From the human T2T-CHM13v2.0 reference genome, Homo sapiens: a stretch of DNA of 64,000 nucleotides. Below are positions 14,731 through 25,368 of this stretch, one piece after another. Position 1 is the stretch's first letter. Each line of letters begins with the position of its first letter. Location: NCBI RefSeq assembly GCF_009914755.1, contig NC_060927.1; one strand, 5' to 3'. Both the position numbers and the translations under genes were made by a program. The notes under the pieces were generated by a model, which saw only the letters and a list, made by a program, of their open reading frames with translations, ran no database searches and was not told where the DNA came from.

Positions 14731-17700
14731 ACCCATCTTTGCTTTGCAGGGATTTAAGTAACGCGGTTGTGGGACGTCTGCTCGTTGCCGCCCCCATCCT
14801 CAGCCCTTTGAGGGGTCTACCCTTGTTTTCCTCCTCACCGCCCCCTCCCCGCTACCACCCCCCGCCCCCATCTCCTCCTTGGTTTCTCCAGACCGCTGCT
14901 GGAAGCGCCGAGGACAGAAGGAAGCGGTGTGTCCCAGCACGCCCACTCGGTATCACGTCGCTCTCAGCGCAGAGCTGTGACAGCCTGGGAAAATGCTGCT
15001 TGCAGCCTCACTCCCTCTTCCCCTGACCTGCTTTCTCAGAAAGATGCCCCTTCAGAGGGTGTCGGACCAGCTTCTGGAGGAGCGCGGGGAGAGAGGAGCG
15101 AGGCCCGGGCGCCAGTGACCTCCTATGGTACTGTTTCTTCCCAGCCCCGGAGGAAGCGGAGCTAGTGGCCCTGTGGGGCACAGGGTGCCCCTCACTTGGG
15201 AAGAGCTGACTTCATGGAACCATAGAGCCCCTTCCCTCTTCTAAATACTGAGAGGGAGCAAGGAAGCTGAGTTAAAGAGAAAATCACAAACATAAAAGCA
15301 AACTTCGGCTGTTTCCTTTAAGAGCTAGCCCACAGCCTGTCTTCCCTCCACCTTCTGGTTGTGAAATTGTGAACCAGGGCGCCACGCGAAGCATTCTGCT
15401 GCTCTGCTGTACAGATCCCTGGTTTAGCTACTGGATGAGAAAGAGGACTTGAGTTTTGACTCCAGCTCTTCCATGTATTAGCAGTGTGAACTTGGGCAAG
15501 TTATCTCACCTTTCCGATACTGGGTTTTTCTTTTCTTTCTTTCTTCCTTTTTTTTTTTTCCAGCCAAAAAATGGAGATTTATAATGGTCACAATGAGCCC
15601 TTTGGGTAGTTGGAAGGATGAAATGGGATCATTCAAGTAGCATGTTTAGCACAGTGCCTGGCCTGGCATCTGGTTGGTTCAAAACCAATGGCAACTATTG
15701 TAAATATTGTTACATAGTAACCTTGCAGACAGTGGGTTTTCAGAAAGGTGATTTCATACCATCTTACAGAGGCATTTTAAAAAAATCTGTAAATGTGGTG
15801 TCTTTCTTCTTTTGAATTTGAGCAACTCTTTTATAATAAGAATTTTCTGAATGTTGTCCATATGTGATGTGGATCATGGATGCTTAGCTCGAAATGTAAA
15901 ATTGATGTTTCTCGGTGATATGAATTTCCTACTAGTTTTTAGGTCAAACCTCAGGCCTGTGAACTGCCCTGATCTGAGACATCCTTTATTGACAAAGAGG
16001 GTCTTGAAATGGGTGAGAGGCAGAAAGACAAGAAGACAAAGTTGGAAGTTGCAGCTGTGTTACAGATTATTCTAAGCCTTCTATCCTTGCTCTCTTAGGT
16101 CAGTCGAGCAACCTTACATTTTTCATCTAGTATCAGAAAACAAACAAAATTCTCATATATTTCTTTTGGATTGTACAGAGATGCTGCTAAATGCAAACCT
16201 TTCTGGACACAAACTTGCCTTATTTAAACACGAACACACAGACATTCACATGCCCACACTAGTCTTCCTGTATTATTGGTATTTTAAAGTTAAATGGATT
16301 CCCTCCCACACCCTTAACCCTTCTCATGACAATTGATTTTATTCTGATGAACTTCATGCAATAATTTACTACTATCTACTGGCTTTGCCATGCGTCCTTA
16401 AATTGAGTGTCCAGCATTTGTAGTTGGCTGCCTCCTTCACAGGCCATAGCATTTGTATGCAGTATTGGTAAGTGCTTGAGAACAGAGTGTGATACATCTT
16501 GATGGAAGATAAGAGCCCAGTGGTGCCCACTTAAGTACCTCCCGCACCAAGCATTAGTAAAGGATGGGATCACCTGCTTCTATCAGCTTGTTCCATGTAC
16601 ATGCATTGTGGTGAGCTGGCTGGGATATGACTGAATGTGTGCCTGAGAGACAGGGGCCTTGTGGGGGAAAAGGAAAATGTTCAAAATAAGGTCAGATCAT
16701 GAGGATGGAAGGGAGATTAAAAGCTAATTCCTTTGGTTCTGATTCTTCAAAGAAAGGTTGGTCAATTATACCCATATCTTCATACAGATTATTACTTGTT
16801 ACCAAAACCATATATATGTATAGAACTTTAAAATTTCCAAAGTGCATTCTGTATATATGATACTCCTTGTTACTCACAATAGCCCTGGGAGGACATGGCA
16901 AGAATATTAATAGAGGAAGGAGCCCAGGTTTTGTGGTCAGACCTACTTGATTTCAAATTCCAGCTCTCATGCCTGAGTAGTTGGGTGATATTGAGCAGTT
17001 TATTTAATCATTTGAAGTTTCTGTTTTATCCAGTTCTAAAATGGAAAAAAAAAATGCTTACTTTAAAAATCTGTATAACGAATAAATTCAATAGAATAAT
17101 GTCAAGTACATGTAGTGAATAGGTGCTCATTAAATGATATCTCTTCTTAGCTAGTCTCAATTTATTTAGAACATAACTGGAATGAGACTCAGAGAAATGA
17201 AAAGTTGCTAGAGGTCATGTGTTAGTATGTTTCAACTCTGGGAATACAGTTCACACCTTTTCATGTCTAGTTTAGGGCATTTCCCATCACACTCTGTTTC
17301 CTCGCCAATGAGATATTTAACAATTTACTTCAGTTATAAAGTTGACCTTATTTGTCTGGTTATTTCAGGATATCCTTTTTGTTGAAAAGCAGGTATTTTC
17401 TTGCAAAGAGAACAATCCTTAAGCACAGTTCTGTAGAGTTTAGTGGAGCCAACTGTCATAAGAGGGTATTTAAAGCAATGGTCTCTAAGACAACCTTCCT
17501 ACTCTCCTGTGTTGGATGTAATACACCTTTGATTCCTAAGAGAAAGGGTACTAACTAAGAAGACATAAAGTACAGAATTATATCACTCTTTTCTTCCTGT
17601 TGTGAGTGGTTTCTTCCCTCTGCCATCCTCATGCTAGTTCAAAGGCTGGGAAGAAGATTGAACAACAAATGTTATGAGTGTCCATGGCATTATTCAACTT

Positions 17701-18858
17701 TTTTTTTTGACAATTTTGTGGGTACTGAGTAGAGTAGACAGAATAATGTGCAAAGGTGGCATTTGCAGAAAGAGACCACTGCTTCCTGGTGGTGCTGATT
17801 ACTTGTCTGGAGTTTCACTCCTCCTTGTGGAAAGTGATGGCTGGAGGCTCATGTTGGAAGATGAAGGGATCTGTTTCTGGCCCAGGCAGTGGGGCTGTTC
17901 ATCTGCTGAGACTTCTCATAGGCCATTAGATTTCTCTTCTTTGTAGCAAGCACACAGGCTTGCAAACGCAGATGTAGAAGGAACATTTTGCTCCTTGCTT
18001 TTGGCATTTTGGAGCATATGTTTGCTCCTATAGGTAAGCAGTTAGCATCATCTTACCTGGCACGGTTAGGAAAGCAGAATGTGGCTTGAGGAAATCAGAG
18101 GACGTAGAAAAAAACAAAGATTATCTCCAGCCTATACACAGCTTCATTTGTTGCTCAACTTCATCAGGCTTTTGCTGGTGACACAGATGTAGGATCTGGT
18201 GAGTCACTGTTGCCTTGCCCATGAAATATTAAAGAGAGCCACCTACTGTGCTCTTTGCCCATTTTGGAAATTGTTCTGCATGGAAAAAAAAGAAGAAGAA
18301 AAGAAAAAAGAAACACCAAAGAATAGGAAGGTTACAGAACATTTGGTAAGTGATATTTCGGTGGATAAATTCAGGTTAGCCATTCATTTGCTGCCTTTTT
18401 TTTTTTTTTAAATGATAATGCATGGTTTACACTGATAGGGTTGTTAGGAGACATCCCTTTGGTCTGACTTTATTCTAACTCTCTGTAGCAGCTGTGGTAG
18501 TGTGGATTTTGAGAGTCTGGCTGAAATCTGAGGCAAGTTATTCTATAGAGATGATCTTTTGGCTCTGCAGCTAGGAAATAGGGACACTGATGCCTGCTTA
18601 GAAGCTTAAGTCCCTATTTATTTCAACATCTTATTCATAGAAAACATTTAATAAACACTGATTCTGTCCTCTGCTAACAACTCCTTCAATGTATTAGTCT
18701 GTTAAATTACGATCATCATAATTTAACAGGTACTCTTTACTTGTCTCCATCATTATTTGTGCTGAGTATCTTAAATATATCATCTCATTCAATCCTCACA
18801 ATAATCCTGTATATTTTTTTAGGAAACCGAGGCTCATAGAGTTACGTAGCATGGCCTA

Positions 18859-19227
18859 TGTATTAGTCTGTGTTCATGCTGCTGATAAAGACAGACCCAA
18901 GACTGGGCAGTTTGCAAAAGAAAGAGGTTCATTGGACTTATAGTTCCACATGGCTGGGGAGGCCTGACAATCATGGCGGAAGTCAAGGAGGAGCAAGTCA
19001 CATCTTACGTGGATGGCAGCAGGCCAAAAAAGAGAACTTGTGCAGAGAAACTCTCATTTTGAAAACTATCTGATCTTGTGAGACCCATTCACTATCACGA
19101 GAATAGCATGGGACAGACCTACCCCACATGATTCAATCATCTCCCACTGGGTCCCTCCCACAACATGTGGGAATTATGGGAGCTACAAGATGAGATTTGG
19201 GTGGGGACACAGAGCCAAACCATATCA
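18859..19227 (-). mobile_element. Solo THE1 LTR (THE1A/B-like), antisense to the gene
   Basis: tgtattagtctgtgttcatgctgctgataaagac...ccaaaccatatca; TSD gccta/gcctg; inserted in a MIR-like remnant. Confidence 0.9.
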
Positions 19228-20222
19228 GCCTGTGTAACAGCACAAAGCAAGACATGATGCTGAGACTCATCTACGCATTTTATTCTAGAGTTAGGAAGAA
19301 CTTCCAATTGTCCCACCTCTGGACTAGAACTGAGGACTTAGACTAAGACCAATGACCTACCCAATCATCATCCTACATCCTCATCCCGGTACTACCTTGC
19401 CTGTGACTGAGAAATATCTTTACCTTTGGACCTAAAATGTGGGAGAGCTGAACTAGATGATCTCTAAATTTCTTCTGCTATAACGCATTGTGTATCTTTA
19501 AGATTCCTTTCAACTTTGAGATTCTGTAATCACATCTATTTGCAAAAGTTAAAGCTAAAATGGAGAAAGGGGAGTAAAAAGAAAATACTCTTATTGTTTT
19601 ATTCCCTGGAGATGTATTTTTCTGAACAAACAAAGATGAGCAAGAGAAATCAGCATTTCATCGGCACATGTACTTTTGTCATTTCATTTAAACATAAAAA
19701 TAACTCTCAGATATATATTATTATTTGCCTTTTACAAATGAAAGAACTGAGGCTCAGAGAGACTTATAGACTTGCCCAAGGTTTCCTAATTAGTAAAGAT
19801 TGGAACCTGCGTGTGCCTGAGTGCAAAGCCTTTTGGTCCACTACAGCATATTTACTAGATACCACACCATGAAATTTGGAAACTCATATAACCAGATTCG
19901 TAAATGCCCCATCTCTGTATCCTCACATCACACTACCTCAGCTTCTGTCTTCTCCTCTTCTTCTACTCTTTCCTTTCCAAACATACTGCTCCAATCCTTT
20001 CTTGATTCTCTCCAGCTCACAAAACCCCTTTTAAATGCATATAACATCTTCTATCTCTATTGTTATTATTATTATTTTTTTTACTGTGGTCCTGGAATTT
20101 GTAATTTGTGCTTTTGTTTTTGTTCATCCCCATTGGGCACAGGACAGAATAAGCTATGCCATCAGCTGAGAGACTTACAAATGTCTCTATCTAATCTGTG
20201 TGTCAATCATCTTTCTATCTAG

Positions 20223-20498
20223 CTCTATTTATTAGTGAAATTAAAGAAAGATAGAGCATATTAAGCCCCTGGCTCTTAATAGTTGGCACCTAGAAGGGAC
20301 TTGGTAAATATTCATTCCTTCCTCATCATTCAGCACTGCTGTTTACCCAAATCATTACTCATTTAATGAATCTCAGATGGAGAGGGGGAGTATATTGAGT
20401 AGATGCCCCAGCTGGTCTAAGAGAATGTGCCACAGTTTGGCAAGCAATTGGGATGGTAAAGGATAGGAAATGAATGTGATATTTACCTTAAAATATCT
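20223..20498 (+). repeat. 276-bp local duplication, copy 1
   Basis: Ungapped match to 22777-23052 (offset 2554). Confidence 0.95.
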
Positions 20499-22594
20499 GC
20501 TGAGGATATGGTTTATTCTGCCCTGTGCCTAGCACAGTGACTCATACATAAGAAGGGCAAAATTGAACGGATGATGGGTTCATATTATGTCAGTGGGCCC
20601 AAAATTGACTTTCTGGATTTCTCGTGCTTTATCAATAGTATTAGTTGTGTCAAAGTTTGCCTCTACAGACTAATAAAGTAGTTTTAATTTCCTTTAATTT
20701 TGTGGTCACAAAATCAGACAATGATAAGGAGTCATAGGCTCCAAGAAAGTTAGACATTACTAGCTCAATGATGGGAAAACCCATTTCTGTCCTAATAATA
20801 AAGGGCATTTTGCAGAAAACACGGTGAAGGATGATGCTGAAGTGCCCGTTTGCATATATTGACAGCAAGACCAGTGTCAAGTATCATAAATAAATTGCCA
20901 GAGAGAAAGTAGGAAGTTTCCATTGAAGTGGGCAGCTGCAATGAGCTTCGATCTCAAGATTTCTAAAAGCATTGAAGAATTTACATCACTTCAACTATTA
21001 TTTTCTGTTGAACATGAGAACAGGTAACCTTTTATGTCTAGTTTATATCCAGCAGATGCTTGTGATTTCTACCTTTCTGGCACAAAAGTCCTCATGATTA
21101 CACGGCTTCCTCCTCTGCCAATCAATGCTAATGGCAAGAGAAATGAGAAGCAGTCATTTTATAAGCATTATGTCTGGAAATGTTCCTTTCGTTGATAGCA
21201 GTTTCTTAACGCCAGTATGGTTAGATGCTATGGCAACTTAAAATTGTGTTTCCATAATATAGTGGACATTGATGTCAAACTGATCTGCCTGGGTTTGACT
21301 TTGGCCGAATTATTTGGTCTATCTTTGCCTTATTTTTATGATCTGTAAAATGGGGATAATAAAACCCATCTTGTCAGGCCTTTGGTAAGTGTCAATCATA
21401 TGCCATGACATTTGTCAAGAGGCTTATGCATAGGGATTTTAACCTCTATTACAATTAACAACAGCAATGAGAATTGTTCCATTGCATGCCCAGATGGATA
21501 CTAAATTAGAAAAAGAAAGATCCAGGTTGAAATAATAACAGCTTTTTTTTAATATAGAACTTTAAGTCGTCAAAATGCTTGTTATTGTATATGCAAATGT
21601 ATACACATGTAACATTTTTTTTTTGCAATAATTCTGAGGTAATCAGGGCAGGTGTTGCTAATGTTTTACATCATGAGTCTCAAAGGGGCTACATATTTAC
21701 TACAGCCAAGCAGCTAATAAATAGTAGAACTGGGACTTGGACCCTAGTTTTCTAACTCCAAGATTATGTCATTTTTTTTTTTTTTCCTCAGTCAATCAGC
21801 CCTGGTCCTGGTTAGTTGCGTTTCCTTCTCCAGACTCCTTGCTTTCACCCCGAAAATGAGCAATTTGGAAAATATTATGTCTAAGGTAGAGTGTTTTATA
21901 AATCTGTGACTGTAGAACAATGTCTTAGGAGGTATCTCATTGGCCTCGGTGAGAATTACAACCGGGTACTGCACGGAGAGTCAGATCCATAAAGAACCCT
22001 TTATGTCCTTAAGGATGTGATTCTGCCACATTACTCTGACCTACAGATCATTCCCCATCTGCCCCATCCCCTTCAGGACCCAGGTTTGGGGATGGGAAGA
22101 AAAAGTAGATGACTCGGTTAGGCACATGGACATTTAATATTTGGGAAATGATAATAGAGCCTTTCTTAAAAAAAAAGCAAGTTCTGTATCACCGTTAATC
22201 TCCATAGTTTTCTACAACAAAATAAAGGAGAAAATATTTTGCTTTAGTTTGGATTCTAGCGTTGAGTACACATTTTCTGCTTTCTTCTTTTGAGCTCTTA
22301 GTGCCCACAGAAGAGGCTTGACTCTCATTAAAATGTGAGTTCTTTCTGTTTATAGAAATGATGGAGACTTGAGAATGGTAATACACACTAAGTAGCACTT
22401 TTCTGGAAGATTATACTTCAGTTTCCCAATTACAGAGTGAGACAGTGGTGGGGGCAGCAGATTGAATGAATAGAGTAGATCGTAAGAAGTAGGCTGAGCT
22501 TCGGAATCAGGCTGGGTTTGAATTCTAGATACTGCATGCCTAGCCTGTCCAGACTTAGTTTTCTCACCTGTAAAATGGTAATAAACATGCCTGC

Positions 22595-22780
22595 CTTCCT
22601 TTGCTTCCTTCCTTCCTTCCTTCCTTCCTTCCTTCCTTCCTTCCTTCCTTCCTTCCTCCCTCCCTCCCTTCGTTCCTCTTCCTTCCTTCCTATTATCTAT
22701 GTATCTTTCTATGTATCTATCTATGTATCTATGTATCTATCTATCTATCCATCTATCTATCTATCTATCTATCTATCTCT
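22595..22780. repeat. Compound microsatellite: (TTCC)13, then (TCTA/TGTA)n
   Basis: Perfect TTCC x13 at 22605-22656, then CCCT/TTCC remnants and a TCTA array; sits inside a MIR. Confidence 0.95.
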
Positions 22781-23052
22781 ATTTATTAATAAGGTTCAAG
22801 TAAGAAAAAATATATTAAGCCTCTAGCTTTTAATAGCTGGCACCTAGAAGGCACTCAGTAAATATTCATTCCTTCCTCTTCATTCAGTGCTGCTGTTTAC
22901 CCAAAGCCTCTCTCATTTGATGAATCTCAGATGGAGAGGGGGAGTATATCAAGTAGATGCCCCAGCTGGTCTAAGAGAATGTGCCACAATTTGGCAAACA
23001 ATTGGGATGGCAAAGGATAGGAAATGAATGTAATATTTACCTTAAAATATCT
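22777..23052 (+). repeat. 276-bp local duplication, copy 2
   Basis: Ungapped match to 20223-20498. Confidence 0.95.
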
Positions 23053-23680
23053 CAGAATCTTTCATGTGTAGGAGGAATTAGACCAGTGATAAATTGCAGT
23101 GCATGGATCTTTCACAACAGAATCATGTGGATACCTTCTGAAATGAGCAGATATCTAGGATATCTGCACTGAAATCTAAGAATCACTGGATTAGAATTTT
23201 CAGTACTCAGAGGCAGGATATTGTAGGGGTTTGAATTTGGATTCAAATTCTGCTCCCTCAGTGTAAACCTAAGGAAGTTATTTAACTTTTCTATGTTACT
23301 CATTGGGTTGTGGGGAGAAGTAAGTAATTTGATACATATGAAGTGCCTAAAACACAGTTTTACTTACTGTATAAGCCAGTCTTTGAAATACCTTGCATGA
23401 CTTTGTTTAACTTACATTTTATTTCCTCTCTAACTAAATGTCCTAGATAACTACTTGGCTAACTCTTTCATTTGCTTAAAGTCTTTTTCAATATCTCCTC
23501 AGGGAAGCCTACTTGGATTGCTTGAATTTGCATGGGTTGGGGTAGGGGAAGCAGGAATAGGGCTGCTTGCTCTCTGAAATCCTGATCTCCCTTACCCTAC
23601 TCTTATTTTTCCTTTATTCTGTGGCATTTGGTACCTTATAAGCTTACACATACTATTTTATTATTTTATTTAGTCTATTT

Positions 23681-24920
23681 TTAAAATTTAACTTTTATTT
23701 TAAATTCAGGGGTACATGTGCAGGTTTGTTACATAGGTAACCTTGTGTCGTGGGGATTTGTTATACAGATTATTTCATTGCCCAGGTATTAAGCCTAGCA
23801 CCCATTAGTAATTTTTCCTGATTCTCTCCCTCCTCCCACCTATCACCCTCCAATGGGCCCCAGTGTGTGTTGTTTTCCTTTATGTGTTCATGTGTTCTCA
23901 TTTAGCTCCCAATTCTAAGTGAGAACATGCAGGATTAGGTTTTCTGTTCCTCTCTTAGTTTGCTAAGGATAATGGTCCCCAGCTCTATCCATGTTTCGGT
24001 AAAGGACATAATCTCATTCCTTTTTATGGCTGCATAGTATTCCACGGTGTATATGTACCATATTTTCTTTATCCAGTGTACCAATGACGGGCATTTAGGT
24101 TGATTTCATGTCTTTGCTATTGTGAATAGTGCTCAGTGAACATACACATGCATATGTCTTTATAATAGAATAATTTATATTCCTTTGGGTGTATACCCAG
24201 TAATGAGATTGCTGGGTTGAGTGGTATTTCTTTTTGTAGGTCTTTGAGGAATTGCCACACTGTCTTCCACAATGGTTGAACTGATTTGTACTCCCAGCAA
24301 CAGTGTATAGTGTTCCTTTTTCTCTGCAACCTTGCCAGCATCTGTTATTTTCTGACTTTTTAATAGTAGCCATTCTGACTGGTGTGAGATGGTATCTCGT
24401 TGTAGTTTTGATTTGAATTTCTCTAATGATTAGTGATGTTTTATTCATATGCTTGCTGGTTTCATGTATGTCTTTGGAAAGGGTCTGTTCATGTCCTTTG
24501 CTCATTTTTTCTAAATAGGTTGTTTTTTCTTGTAAATTTGTTTAGGTTCCTTCTAGATGCTGGATATTAGACCTTTGTCAGAAGCATAGTTTGCAAAATT
24601 TTTCTCCCATTCTGTAGGTTTTCTCTTTGCTCTGTTGATCATTTCTTTTGTTGTGCACAAGCTCTTTAATTAGATCCTATTTGTCAATATTTGCTTTTGT
24701 TGCAACTGCTTTTCGTGTCTTCATTATGAAAAATCTTTGCCCATTCCTATGTCCAGAATGGCACTGCCTAGGTTGTCTTCCAGGGTTTTAAGTCTTTAAT
24801 CCATCCTGAGTTAATTTTTACGTATGATGTAAGGAAGGGGTTCAATTTCAATCTTCTTCATATGGCTAGCCAGTTACCCCAGCATTATTTATTGAATAGG
24901 AAATCCTTTCCTCATTTCTT
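23681..24920 (-). mobile_element. 5'-truncated primate L1 (older L1PA/L1PB)
   Basis: ggggtacatgtgcaggtttgttacataggtaa 3' end. ORF 24117-24341 reads [14 protein letters not shown]...[12 protein letters not shown], the L1 ORF2 C-terminus. Confidence 0.92.
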
Positions 24921-25134
24921 ATTTTTTATTTCACCTCCAGTAGATTATAAAGTCCACAAGGACAGGGACACTTGATTTGCTTATTGCTGTATCCCAAGTG
25001 CCTAGAATAGTTTCTAGCAAATAGCAAATGGCCAATAAGGAGGCAATGATACATAAATAAGTATATGGATAGATGTTAGTGTGATTATTTGTCCCCAAGA
25101 AGTAGAAAGAGATAGAACCGGATAAGACAGTAAA

Positions 25135-25368
25135 TTATACATGTAATATTCAAATAAAATTTGACATACATATATGCGCATATACACACATATATATACA
25201 CATTTACACACATACATATACATATGTATATATAAGTGTATGTGTGTATTTTTGGAGTGTTGAGTATATATTTAAATATTGAAGTAATAATTTATGTCTA
25301 TGTACATATATATGTGTGTACATGTATATATGTGTATGTAAAAATAAGTGTCTATTTATCTATATATT
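25135..25368. repeat. TA/CA/TG low-complexity tract
   Basis: Read directly. Confidence 0.75.

Larger units (their letters stand above)
13850..15170 (+). promoter_or_regulatory. IL1RAP: CpG island / TATA-less promoter of IL1RAP
   Basis: Sharp GC and CpG enrichment over AT-rich flanks; GC box GGGCGG 14226-14231; CCAAT 14335-14339 just upstream of exon 1; no TATA seen. Confidence 0.9.

Noticed and set aside
13947-15165. Overlapping 68-164 aa ORFs on both strands of the CpG island
   Set aside because: Ala/Arg/Pro/Gly-rich frames expected from stop-codon scarcity in GC-rich DNA. No recognisable domain, and some run through the exon 1 donor.
22518-22826. ORFs with PSFL / YLSI repeats
   Set aside because: Read-through of TTCC/TCTA microsatellites.
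24095-24505. ORFs resembling L1 ORF2
   Set aside because: Frameshifted fragments of a truncated dead L1.
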